NCBI GenBank assembly: GCA_965644295.1
Contig: CBFFRP010000208.1
Coordinates: forward strand, 62,001-126,000
DNA length: 64,000 bases
Reading direction: 5' to 3'
Source of the DNA: Paraphysomonas bandaiensis
Lineage: Eukaryota > Protista > Chrysophyceae
Numbering within the stretch: the first letter of the stretch is position 1; every line of letters begins with the position of its first letter. Shown here piece after piece: positions 26,591-39,437 of this stretch. The notes beneath the pieces are model-generated. The model was given only the letters and a program-made list of their open reading frames with translations, was not told where the DNA came from and made no database searches. The translations under genes were made by a program, and so were the position numbers.

Positions 26591-27804
26591 ATATTGAAAA
26601 TCTGATTATTAAGAAGCGCAAGCTTGTGCGTTGCCGCGACCAACCTAACAACTCGCGCGACACTATGCATAACATGACTCTCATCTAGTTACTATTGCAT
26701 GCACCGACAAGTGCTCAACTATACAACACGATTTAGTTAGCTACATGGGCATACGACGAGTTGCGTGTTTAAGCCGGATCATACGCTCCTGCCCAATCTA
26801 CTTGTCCTAACACAAACAACTTGCGGTCGGTGTCTTCGGCATATGTCTCCTGTATATGCGGCAGATCTTTAGGGCCCTCTTCAAGGTGGTGTTCACAGCA
26901 GCAGGTAGTCTGGAAGGGAGAATAAAGTAGCTCTATAGCGCCGGGTCCTCCCACGGTCACGAAGCGGTCTCACTGGTGCAATTTTGCACACTGACGCATG
27001 AAACAGACATCTACCAAAATCTGTTACAAATTCAAGCTGACTCCAATGTCTTCCCTCCATTGTGTGCACTCATCCAGCACATGCATCCACCTTGCACTCT
27101 TCTCCCGAGTGACTTACACTAGTAGGAAACCGTGCACCTTCCCCGCTCGGATGAAAACCTACTAAGCAAGAATAACATAAAAGCACCACAAATGTACCTG
27201 ACACTGCTTGGAGAACAGTGCCAGAGCCTTGATATAATCTCAATGACCTGGGTCAGGAGAAACCAAGACTAGGCAGTAGACGTGTGAGAAGACATGACAG
27301 GTCTAATCACATCATTGCCATTGCCATGCATCCATGAGGAAAGTTTGACGCATTACCTCGGTCATTGGCCACACAGATACCGAATAATGTGAACTCATAC
27401 TCAGCATCAATCACTCAAAGCAAACGCAGGGAGCAAGCAGAATGTTGATATACCTGACATCTGCTAACTTCAGGTGTTTTGAGTTCTTAAGGTGAACATC
27501 CCGGATGCTTAACTTCAGCAGGCAGCCCAATACCCCGGTTACCCTTCTGGTGGGCCCTGTCCCGGATGCCCTTGAGGTGGGCCCATTCCCGGATGCCTGT
27601 TTATTCGTCAGGGCCCAAAGACGTCTACACAAGTGACACTTATTAGTGTCCCTTGTACCACACAAGCATTTGGCTATGAGTGGGCAGAACAATATATCTG
27701 CTGACTATATAATATGCGGCTCACGTTAGTTTCCCGGAGAAATATCTCCGGTACTTATCCCCCAGAACACCACGAAAAGGTGCGAGTCCGACTTTGTTGA
27801 GGGC
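26591..27804 (-). mobile_element. Retroposon family A, long copy: ribozyme head, body, decayed ORF-like segment and tail type 3
   Basis: TSD GTTATAGCT at 26582-26590 and 27805-27813; ~27480-27803 closely matches 55335-55650; 26597-27000 is homologous to 56349-56560; element strand ends TTCAATAT like the 18336 and 55855 ends. Confidence 0.85.
27717..27803 (-). ncRNA. Putative HDV-like self-cleaving ribozyme (Pr77/ingi-signature-like) at the retroposon 5' end
   Basis: CCCUCAAC(P1)-AAAGU-CGGACUCGC(P2)-ACC(P3)-UUUUCGU(L3)-GGU(P3')-GUUCUGGGGG(P1')-AUAAGUA-CCGGAGA UAUU UCUCCGG(P4)-GAAACUAAC(J4/2 with catalytic-position C)-GUGAGCCG(P2'). Confidence 0.75.
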
Positions 27805-28163
27805 GTTATAGCTATATAGCACCTTTGACTATTGACTACGCATTACTGTTTTTCAAATTGTATTTAACGTATTCTACAGTACTATCTTAGAGAACCATAC
27901 GTATTCCAACATTATATATTATATATGCCAGATATTGATTGGAAAAGAAGCTATTTAGTCTTTCTTTAACAAAATATTAATTTGTGAAGTGCCCCACCAA
28001 AAGTTTAGAATATCATAGCTAAAGTAAAACTCGACTTATTTTTCCAAAGGGTCATTGACTACTAGATTATACTTAACCTATAGCTGCGGCGCACAGGTTG
28101 GATACAGAAAAATATCAACAACATTACTTGTACAATACAATGAAAAAAAACAGTTGTGCTTAT

Positions 28164-29456
28164 CTAACGAGCTAATTGCTGTACCCTGGACATGTTATTC
28201 GCCAGCATGAAAAGCATCGTTAACTTGCGTAGGAGTTCAGCGCTCGGAGTAAAATGTTGCTGCATTTTTCTAGACAGAAACTTAGAAACATTGATATCGA
28301 TTTCTGTTTCAGTAGGCTGTGCGTCCGAATATTCGGTCACTTCCTTATTCCCACCCTGGTTGCCACTCGGCTCAATGATATTTTTGTCCGGACTCCTGAT
28401 GAATAACAAAGATGCAATACAAGGTACGAGAGCCTCCGTCAATTCTACAGATTCATTTTCCGTCAATGACACGGTGACAATACGTTTTGCTTCTGCAATG
28501 CACTTCGACCAGACAGTTTCCATATCCCCGCCCTCGTGCTCCTTCTGTGCAGAAACAGAAGTGTCCAACCTGACTTCTGCAGCCCGTTTACGTCTATGAA
28601 GTACCGAAATCTGCCCATGAACGGCCAGCCACTCATCCCTCACTACTGCGTGACCCATTTCAACGCTATCGAACTGCACAAGGAAGTGTGCGCCGTTTTC
28701 ATCGACAAATTCTCGGGATAGCACTTGGCCGCGTTGCAGAGAACAAGATGCCTCGTGAAGAGCTGTAACGCAGTCACCGACACTCACAGGCTCATTGACC
28801 TCGTAGGGGAACTCCCGGTAAGGAGGCATAGGTGTACCTTCGAATTGAATGCGTCGTACTGTGCGTCGATATTCCTCCAGCTTACGTCGTTCACCCAATA
28901 AGAAGGCTGGTGAAAACCTACGCGGTCGACCAATTCGTGATCCCATGGCCCCTCTCAGAACTGACCACTGTGGTCGCGAGAGAAGAGCTGGGGTATTCTG
29001 GCGCAAAGAACAGTACAAGTCAAATAATATGCGTGCAAAACCTGTGTACACGGCACCTGTAATCCATAGCCGAGAGAATGCAAGCAAGCCAAAAATTCAT
29101 TTTCTTTGAAATAATCTCTACACAGACACCCACATTCAACAATGTTGATTCGCTAGACATCAATAGTAAGCTACCTGTCCAGAGTGGAGTAAAACCATTC
29201 ATGTATCGCACGCAATCTCAGCGCCGGTGTCATAAGTTGATTAATTTTTTCTATATTGAGATTCTCAGTCGCTCTGCGACAGCAAATAACACACAGCAAC
29301 AACAGCAGTACGATCCTCTTACTCCGTCTTGACATCTGTGCGATCGGATGACTGGGAGGGCTCGATATGACTGGGGGCCTCCACAGAAGACACCGCTTTC
29401 GGTTCAGCAGTTCGTTTCCGTTTCCTTTGATTGTTTCTGGAGGGCACCGACTGCAT
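28164..29456 (-). CDS. LIN9: LIN9/Mip130/ALWAYS EARLY homolog (DIRP plus Tudor-like domain)
   Basis: HEWFYSTLDR, WSVLRGAMG..GRPRRFSPAFL.GERRKLEEYR and a Tudor-like VGDCVTA..G.VL..FLVQFD; intron after the first exon restores the frame. Confidence 0.85.
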
Positions 29457-30198
29457 TGAGACACTCATTAAACAACAGCACACTACACACGCATCACATC
29501 ACGTACAGAGGATTCTACGAGGTCTGCAGCTGCTGCCAGACGCGCCAACCCGTCCATACTGATTGCTGATACTAGATAAGGTACCTATATGCGATGTTAG
29601 GCTAACTATGAGATGGATGTCTGTGATCACAGTGTGCTCATGATATAAGGCACTGATTTTAAAAATCCTGTTGAATTTAGGAATATATCGGGGGTTTTAC
29701 ATCAAAAATGGTGATATTTCGATATTTAGTATCAAAATATGCCGCTTTGAGGAATTATTTTCATACATGTGTGATTAAGTGGTTAACGGACAGTTTTCTT
29801 CCGTAACGGGGAACTACCCGTATAAATATATAGACATTGCCACTGTGTAGTCTGCTGTAGTAGTAGTACAGTACGGCATTGTCCGTCGAACGAATAGTTG
29901 ATGTAAAAATTTGGCACTAAAATTTATTGCTTGTACTCGAGGGCTGATCGGCCGTAGAGGCCTATAGGATACATGCACCTGTACCTGTACATACAGTACC
30001 TATACGTATACCGTCCATATATATATGATTCCGTCGACTTCATATGGACATTATGACCGTGTACATATACATACAAGCTATTAGCATAACGCGGACAAGT
30101 AGTCACCTCACAATGACTGGAGTCTTCCTTATCAATGAGTGAATTATTCTCATCGTTATCTTAGCTGTTTGTTTCATTGAAGTGCTGCATAGTCAACG

Positions 30199-33100
30199 AT
30201 GAGACCGCCTCTCTATGTGTTCGTACATATGCTCTATTGGGCGTCTATTTTATCCCCTCACAGCGCTAAGAGTGTTCTCGAGAAGGTGTTTCATTCTGAT
30301 CTGTTCTCAGCTCATTCATTATCTGATGTGAGTGCTGTGGTTCACTCTCATCACCTGAGAGTCCTTCAAGCCGATCAACACATAACTGTTATCGGATGCG
30401 GCCCCTCTCAAAGCTTTACTGCTAAGCAGGATGCTCTGTTAGGTGCTGCGAAGTTTGTGGACATTGCAGCAGTTCGTCATGAAGACAATGAAACTTGTCT
30501 AATTGCCCACTTGCCGTCCTCCGAAGTTGCGAAATTTGAAGAGTATGTTGCAATTGCATTCTGTACTATTTAACGATTTACATCTTTGTAGCTCTGATTG
30601 GACGTTTTCAAGTCTTCCATCTGTATTGAAGATTCATCAGAGCGTTATAAAGCATTTATCACGCCGTGTTGATATTGACTCGCCAAGGAATTCTGAATCT
30701 TTGGAACCGAAGAACGACGAGTTTTTCCGAATGACTGGCCATGCAGCAGTTGATGTCGAGACACCTGAGAGCAGAGCACTTGTAGTGCAGTTTGTTCCTG
30801 GGGTTGTGGACTCTACCGAAGAAACTGTATCATGTGTACTTGCCTCCTGGAAAGTTGGGACTGTGTCGGAACGACAGAGCTCGTCTGAGGATGGCGTATG
30901 GATGGGTCTGAGGTCGACAACGAGATTTCGACGCCTGTCTGACGAAGATCATTCTGGGGGATGTGAGATACCAAATTCTACTATCTTCGAGTATGAGGAT
31001 ACTGTTGCTCGACTAGTGGACCTAAGTGGTTGGGGAACACTGGGAAACAGCATAGAATGTCTACTGCTTCTTGTGGATGCCTTCGCGTCGCATCCCGCGG
31101 TCCTCACAGTATCAGTGCAAGGTCGCCCAGTGTTACTCAATTATGATGCTCGTGGTGTTACTCAGAGTGGAACTTCGCAATTCACTCCGTTCTCTGACGC
31201 TGGTCTCTATGGGCAGGGACAAATTGTGGGGGTTGCGGATAGCGGACTGGATGACTACTCTTGTTTCTTTTGGGATAACTCTGGTTACTACGGCTCCTCA
31301 TCTACTACACGAAGCCAATATAACAGTTTTTCAGTGGAGGAGCACAGGCGGAAGGTTGTTCAGTATATCGCGTATGGGGACGGTTATGACGGGGAAGCAG
31401 GACATGGGACGCATGTTGTAGGTACTATATGCGGTGACTCCATATTTGGGGGTTTCAGCAAGGCGAACGGTGTAGCACCTGGTGCGAAGGTTGCCTTTTA
31501 TGATGTGATGGGTGGGAGTTCGGCTTATCTATCCATACCTGACCTTTACTCTTATCTTTTCCCTAGCCTTTACAAGGCAGGTGCTAGAATTATGAGTAAC
31601 AGCTGGGGATCATTCTCTGGAGAGAGCGAGTACACTGAGCGGAGCTATGATGCCGATAATTTTGCTTACAACTACCCCGATACTCTAATCATATTTGCAG
31701 CCGGCAATTCAGGATCACAAGGAACAAAAACTACCTACAGTCCATGCACGAGGTAAGAATTGATAACTTTTGCTTTTTGGCTAATTTATGATCAGCAAGA
31801 ATGTGCTATGTGTGGGTTCTGTTGACTTAAGGAATGACGATGATGACGATGTTGTTGCATCCGGACATAGCAGAGTTTCTTACTTTAGTAGTATGGGACC
31901 GAGTTTTGATGGCCGAATTAAGCCGGAGATTGTCTCTACTGGCAACAAAATTGTTTCGGCTATGTCTGCTGGGTCCAGTGCAGAGGCGAAATCATGCGGA
32001 GTCTACGAGACCTTCGGTGAGTGTTTTTGCATTGTTTACGTAGGTGGGTGATAATTCTTGTGAACAGGAACTTCCATGGCTGCGCCCACCGTTGCTGGCA
32101 ATGCAATTTTACTGCGCGAATATTTCAGAAACATGTACCAGGATGTTTGTAGATCAGAATATACCTTCTGCAAGTCTTTCACTCCCACAGGTTAGATGTC
32201 TTGTCGTGATACACTGTCACTAATCACCCTATACGTTAGGCTACCTTTTAAAGGCCATGCTTATTCACTCCACAGACGCAGTCAAGAGGTTTGATATTGT
32301 TCTTAAGATTCATTGTATGTTCTTATCATACTATGTTGCAGATATTCGGAAACAGCTTTTAACAGTAAGACGTCATTGTCTAGCTACAGCTTGGGGTCCC
32401 CACCGGATAGTGTCCAAGGCTATGGTGCTTTAAACCTAGCCGGTATTCCTTTGTCGACATCGCAGAGAAAGAAGCAAGATCTCTATGTGAGAGATAAATT
32501 CTCTTTTGCAGCAGGGTCTCAATATGTTATGCAAGTATCCGTCAGTGACAACAACAAGCCGCTCAGAGTTACGCTGGTTAGTTTCTGTTGTGTCGTGTCA
32601 ATAGTGTGTAACACATGTAAATCAGGCATGGTATGACCGTCCCTCGACGATCGGAAATGCTTACAACTTGCTGCAATCGAATCTAATGCTGTACGTTTCC
32701 CACACATCTACGGGAAAGTACTGGTATGGAAACCGTGCCACTGCCGCGAGCCCAGACAACGTAAACCCCCAGGAACAGGTCACCATCTCTACACCAGGTA
32801 CGATAATTTTATTGCTTTGCAAGTGTTCTTAGCTTATTTGTTGTAGCTACTGGCATCTACAAAGTGTACCTCGCTAGTCAGAGTGGTGGGTTTCAAGTAA
32901 ATGGTGCCGTGGTTGTTTCATGTAATGGGTAGGTGCATCTTTGTTCTATGGTACCAACTCAATATCGATATAGCAATGTTGTGAGCGAGCCTACCTACAC
33001 CACCACAACTGTGTCAGAGGATGAGGAAATTATGAAGTCAGTAATGGTGGAACGGCACACACCCACTGGTTCTGATATGGACATTTCGAACTCCTTACGA

Positions 33101-34395
33101 GGGCATAGTGATGAAAAATTGCAAGTAGAAGAAGATGTGGGTCGAGTACTTTCCTCATCGAAAGATGATGTCGTGAGGTATTGGTGTAGGTGTTCAACAG
33201 TATATGTGTTTTTTAACATTCTTCCTCTAGTTCTTCGAATGCGTTTTCGACAGTGTTCTCCTTCGCAATCAACAACCAATTATCGCCAATGACTGAAGTA
33301 TGTACCCACAGCTTTTCTACTACCTCCACCCATGAGCAGCTACATTCCATTACACTGGATCTTGATGCGGCTAATCATGGAGGCAGCGCCGCTTTCATTC
33401 TCGCCATAAATCTCTACGCCCCTAGTGGTGAAACTCTCCAAGTCGGGGGATATATGAATTATAAATCGTCCGATCGACTTTGGAATAGGTGAGTGATAAG
33501 AATAGTTGCTTAGCATATGTCACACCTCTGCAGAATGTGGCCTGTACAGTGGACTGGGGCCACTTCACCTGTGGATGGTAGCTCACGTTGGTACTCTACA
33601 AGGTACGCAACTACTGTATGCGTTTAAAGCTGACGATATTCCAGGTACTTGTTAGATGCAGATTTGAGAGAGGTTGGAGACTGGATGGTGTGTCTAGAAA
33701 TGATGTACGACAATTGGGATACCACCGATTATAGTGGTCATGTTACCCTTCGGTTTATGTAAGTCTCCTGTGTTAACTATTATATGAGTGATGTGTATGG
33801 ACAGTGATACGGAAAATATAAACTCTAAATCAAAATCAAAGGTAATGCGCAGTTGAATGACACTCGATAGTCTTATATTATATGCAGGAAGCGTTTAATT
33901 CTGGATCAATGAGTGACTTGGCGCTTGTTTTACTGGTGTTTTTCATGGCCTTGGGTGCTGTGTTAGGCGGAGGTCTAATAGTTAGGTGTGTACAAGTACA
34001 AGTTTATCAGTAAAAGTATATTCTCACGATGTTGTGTAAAGGAAACGGGTAGAGATAGTAGATTCGATTAACCGAATAAGGGCACGTAAAATACCGGGTA
34101 ACCTCGTTGTAAGGAGGAAGAAGAAGCCGTCTGCTCAAAATGGCAGTGGAGATGATGTGGCCTTAAATCAGGTCTGCACGTTGTACTTTTGGCGGTGTAT
34201 CATTATTACACAATATGTTAATAGGAACCTTCTTCATCGGATCATTCGAATGAACCCACCCCAACCCCGCAGCATCAGGAAAATGAGGTTGAAGAGAAAA
34301 AGTGGACAGCCAAGAGAAAGATGAAAAAGCCAGCGGAAAATGGTATGCTAGCTAGTATGACTGCACTTCGGCGACCTCAGTATCACCAAATCTAG
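30199..34395 (+). CDS. Subtilisin-family (S8) serine protease, Kp43/TagC-like, with C-terminal beta domains and a TM helix; many exons
   Basis: Catalytic motifs VADSGLD, GHGTHVVG, AAGNSG and GTSMAAP; hydrophobic LALVLLVFFMALGAVLGGGL near 33920; 3' end uncertain. Confidence 0.9.
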
Positions 34396-34668
34396 ATTAT
34401 TCTCATAGATGTAGAGTTTTGTATGATTTTTAAAAAGATTTGCGCTTTCGATATATTTTGATGAAAGCGTTGTACATCAAATCCTCATATGAAAATGCTA
34501 TGTTATGAATATTGCAAAGTATTGAAGTTATTACTGAATTAATATATCAAGTATGCCGCTTAGAAATCTAAAACTTAAATAATACTCACCATCGTCGGAT
34601 GTGTGCGCTTATCAACTCTTCTATATCTCTTCCTATATGCTTGCTACAACAGAAGAAATAATAACAGT

Positions 34669-34721
34669 AGTGAATGTCTGATTATTAGCAATAGGCGTAT
34701 AAGAGGCATAACTAATGTAGC
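34669..34721 (-). mobile_element. Retroposon family A, extreme 3' tail fragment
   Basis: AGTGAATGTCTGATTATTAGCAATAGGCGT is the reverse complement of the type-1 terminus. Confidence 0.65.
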
Positions 34722-35008
34722 AAAACAAATAGAGTCTGATGATATTTTATATTTTTCTTATATAGTTTATTTATGCAGTGAGTAAACATTATGAAAAAGT
34801 GGGAAATTTACGATATTTTGGACTAAACTAATATTTAATATCCATCATAGACAAGCACGACGATGCCTCCTCCTCTAATAGCATCAGCGCTCCAAGTTGA
34901 GTTTTGCTGCATTTCTAAAGTAGTATTGAAATTATGGGTGATAATCGAAGAATACAACAGCGGTTAGCAGTTAACAGTATTAGATGAACAAATGTTCTGA
35001 TAGTAATT

Positions 35009-35063
35009 CCCTGCTGAACAACGTAGGACTCGGACCTTCTCGTGGTGTTATGGGAGATAAGTA
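35009..35063 (+). mobile_element. Retroposon family A, ribozyme-head fragment
   Basis: CCCT..AACAAC..GGACTCGGACC TTCTCGT GGT GTTATGGGAGATAAGTA aligns to the head; L3 reads UUCUCGU. Confidence 0.65.
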
Positions 35064-36749
35064 AAACTGAAATATGTAAGCCATATATAATCGTGACTAT
35101 CTAAGATCGTATGAAAATGGTTGGTTGTTGAGAAAACACCAATTTGGCGAATGACAATGAATTATAAGTGCTATTGATCATATCATTGAGTGTGCACTAA
35201 GTTCTGCTAATTTAGCTTTAAACCATTCACACATTACATGGATGACGAAAGTTGACAGTGATAATAATAATAATATATATATACCGTCTCTAGAAATTAT
35301 TGTAAAATGTTATATATATTTCATTGCACTACATTACACCTATAATATTATATTATTATAGCCTTTAACTACTGTGTTTGTGACTGTCATAATAATTTTT
35401 GTAACTTTGTACTTTATACATTACATTCTTAATACAGTGTAGTTATTTGCTTAACTTTATAGTCTAGGAAAGTATGATTATTATATGAGAACGATTGTGT
35501 ACAGGAACTAGTTTATATCTATAGCCTAACTAATAACTGGATTTGCTATATACTACTAGTGGCCGGCAACCGTCTCGGGACTGCTTGTGCATCGCTGCGA
35601 GCACCATGGTGCAACAGTCCCTTGTATTGAGGTTAGTCGGGGGGTCTACCTTTGGGCAATGTGTCTGGCGGACCTGTGCCATGGATTATGTGAGGGGTGG
35701 ATGAGGCGAGATGTATATGAGAGTGTAAGTCGGTGGTGGAGATGGTGCTGGTTGTTGAGGTGGAGTTTTGGCCACAAGTAAGGAAGAATTGTTTCCGGAG
35801 TGGTTGCGCTTGCCTCTGTCGGGTCTGGACTCTTGCAGAGGGTGTAGCTCTTGGGGTGGATGTCGCCTGGAGTAGCTGGAGTTAACCTTATAGTAAAACT
35901 CAACATACATGCCCAAATAAATCATGTTCAGCTGCAGTGAACGTCTTATTCTTAGTGGAGTTTGTATTATTATTAGAAAGTCGTTGTCTATTTTAAAAGT
36001 ATTTCTTGTTTGTAGAAAGGAACCAAATGCACAGAATGGATACCTTCACCTATGTACTATGACGAAACGGAAATATAATACTCTACAGTATTATTTCTCT
36101 TTAACTGCTAGTTCATAGATATACATGACTCGTTGTCGAAGCCATTTGGGGAGGTATGTCTGGATGGTGGGTGGTATGTTATAGACGGTCTGCATTACTT
36201 TCTTCTGTATAATGTATAATGTATATAACGCAGTCCACGAGTCTTGATGAATTCATGTTTTCGATTGTAGACATAGTTTCAACGTTTCAACACATATAGG
36301 CTTCATGTATGTATTGGCAAGTTGAGAAAGAGATGTGTCATGTCGAGTGAAGTGATGGGGTTCCATAAGGATTCGGAGAGTGTTTGGTAAGGGCTATATA
36401 ATAGTGATATTTTGTGTATATAATAGATAATAGCAATATAATATTATTACGATAATATTATTATAAAAATCATTCTTGCTGTATCTATTCTACTCTCGCT
36501 AACTTAATGTCTATGCTGTACAAAAGAATCACTCCATGTTCTGTCTTTACCCTTTTTACTGCTCGCCATCTCACCATTGATACGTCAATTCTAAATATAT
36601 CGATGCAGTCATAAAATACAGACTTGAATTTATCGCAATGTTATCCTGCAATATATATTTCACTCTGTAGCTAACATGGACACTACGAGAATACTCTTTA
36701 AATATTTCACTTGAATATTTAATATTATTGAATTGTTGAAGTTTTAAAG

Positions 36750-39025
36750 TCACACATGAAAATCTTTCTGTAATTTTAAAAATATGTTTTGCGACTGAAA
36801 CTCCATTGAGGCTAACTCTTGCATAGCCGGTTTAATAAGTTCGAAGCTAAATCCAGAGTTGTGACCATCATCCTCGTCAACACACATTTCTCCATAGTCA
36901 GAATATTTGCATGCAAGCTCCTCGGGAAGAGTAAACTCCACTGGGTCCAGCTGCGGAATCCCCATGTCAAGCCTCTTTTCCACAGCTCGAAGCTTTTCTG
37001 GCTCATCAAACCAAACTGTACATCCTCCATCGCTCTTGAGAGCACGTCGAGTGCAACTTCCATCTCGACCTTTACTGCCACAAGTATGCCACCAAACTTT
37101 CTCACTGACACCGTCCTCCGCAACGATTGAAATCGCAAGACCTAAGCGATCGGCACGGCCCACCCTTCCAATGCGGTGGATATACTGCTCGCTTTCCTCC
37201 GGAAGAGTCATGTTGATCACATACGGCAGACCGGCAACATCTATACCTCGTGCAGCGACGTCTGTGCATATGAGAAACCTGACTTGCCCTTCCTTGAATG
37301 CGGCTAGACTCTGCCTCCTCTCTTCCATTGATCGCATGCCTGCTAGCACCGCACAAGAGTACCGTCCTTCCTTTCCACTTTCTACAGCCCCACTGAATTT
37401 CCTACCTCCATCCTGGGAGCATAAAAACGTCTCTAGATTATCGCAATCCAAGTTCGTGCGGCAGAATATCAAGCACTGGGACATCTGTACAAACAGCGTG
37501 TCAGTATTTTGGCGAATAGCGTGAGTGCCGCAATCACCTGAAAGGTGTCTATAATTCTCACAAGTATCTTTTGCTTGATTTCCTTAATAAGCATTGAATT
37601 ACGCTCCATTTGTGACATATGACTGTTAGGTAGATGTACACCATCCAATACCCCAGATGGGCCGCCATAGCTACTGGTGGTCATAACACCGTGACTCTTA
37701 ATGCTTGCCCTACACACACAATGATGCACGGTCTCCGGTACTGCATCTTTTCCCTTAAGGTCCACCCAAGTGGGAGATGTGCATATAGTTCCCGCTAATT
37801 TGGTTATGGCAGGGGAGTGCAAGGTGGCAGAGAAAAAACAAACCTGCAGCCTATGTTCCCCACTACCGTACGTAGGACAGGCGTTGTACAGCTCTAACAC
37901 CGCGCTGAGGGAGTCAGCCTCAACCAGCCTATCCGCCTCATCTAGAATAAAGAAATGTACCATACCTAAGTCAAGTGCCCCTTGTCTCACCAAGTCCCCC
38001 ACTTTTCCTGGTGTTCCAACCACGATATCTACCCCATCACGAAGTGCCGCCTTCTGCCCTCGACTATTGTCTCCTCCGACCAGGAGTGCAGCAGTTACAG
38101 GAGGACTCTGTACATGTCGGGCAAGAGCTATCACTGTCTCATACACTTGCTCCGCAAGATCTCGAGCAGGCTCAAGTATAAGCGCCATTGGTCGCCGCTT
38201 GCCACCGGCCTGCATATGAAGCGCTGGCGAGGAAGCCTCCATGATGTCTGTACCTGCAGCCTGTACAATACTGGAGACATCAGGAGTAGGAGGATAAGAA
38301 AACGGAGAGCCCCCAAAATTTAGTTCAACGGCACAGCCTTTCAGAAGGACGGCTGGAAAGAGTACGGCAGATCTATCTACGTCAGTCAGATTAAAGGCAA
38401 GGCCCTGGCTCTCCCCGTTGACTGTATATACCACCCGCCCTTGATCCATGTCTAAATAACACCCTACGCAGTCACCATCACCATACTTTATACCGTAGTC
38501 CTCGAAAGTGTTACTATGTGACTTTTTCGCAGTTCCACCATACCCATATCCATGGGCATCTTTTCCTAATTCCAAGCTTGATGTCTTCGTGGACCAGCCC
38601 ACCCGGCAGATACCGCCGCCTCGCACAGTGCACTCAAAGTAATATTTCCCCTTCCTTATCCCATGTGATGCCCGTGTACCTGCCCACTGTTTCTGCGCAT
38701 TGGACTCACACCGCAGGCCACTATTAGAGATCATCATAATGCTATCTCTGTCATTCTCACTCATCATCACCAGATGAGGGGGCTGGAGACGGCTCTCTCC
38801 CATACTCACAGCATCTCTAAGTCTCTCGTGCACACACTGAATCATCGGAAGTGAAAAAGCTGCTGTTTTCCCACTACCAGTCTCTGAAGCGACCATAACA
38901 TCTCCTCCTCCAAGTATGAGAGGGATCGACTCGTCTTGCACGTCAGATGGGAGCTTCCAGCCCATGTCATCCACTGCTCGAATGAGCTCTGGTAGGAGAC
39001 CAAGGGAATCAAATCCACCGGCCAT
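36750..39025 (-). CDS. DDX1: ATP-dependent RNA helicase DDX1 (DEAD box with SPRY insertion)
   Basis: SETGSGKT, SPRY domain (GKYYFE..RVGWS..LGKDAHGYGYGGT), DEAD, SAT and HRIGRVGR; one intron near 37484-37537. Confidence 0.96.
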
Positions 39026-39437
39026 TATGATCGGAGTTTATGCGCTTATTACCGACTATAGTGGTATTGATAAAATGAGCATGAGGAAAGTGCTGCTGTA
39101 TGCGCATCGCTATGCATCCCTGTGCGTACATCTTCTGCATATATATACAGTATGCAGTATACAGTATAGAGGAACACACGTGTGTTCCTGCTGTATACTG
39201 CTGTATACAATACTCTACACATACAACATAAACTGAAATATGTCCATTAAAGATACACACCTGCTCTAACTTGTTGTGCTAAGCATGCATATAGAATACA
39301 AATACCTCGAGAGTACATATATACATATATGTATATCTCTGGCTTACATACATCAACAAACACTCAGTTAGACTCTAGAGACAATCGCACTCATCCCTGT
39401 CGTACTCTGCAGTTATATTTGACCCATATCTTCCACG

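Noticed and set aside
26960-27050. VTDF..CLFH read as a MULE transposase, with a 9-bp TSD
   Set aside because: Motif spacing is too short, there are no TIRs, and TSDs in the family vary (9, 12, 15, ~15 bp), which fits retrotransposition.
27411-27692. 93-aa ORF within the repeat body (also 55243-55497 and 48167-48370)
   Set aside because: The frame is not preserved among copies.
27668-27790. Pol III A/B-box-like strings (TGGCTATGAGTGG, GTGCGAGTCC) suggesting a tRNA-derived SINE
   Set aside because: They lie on the strand opposite to the polarity implied by 5' truncation and the LINE tail, are ~110 nt apart, and give no cloverleaf.
36812-38727. Long antisense or alternative-frame ORFs over DDX1 (likewise over NUP107, PP2A and the kinesin)
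   Set aside because: Shadows of real coding sequence with no recognisable motifs.
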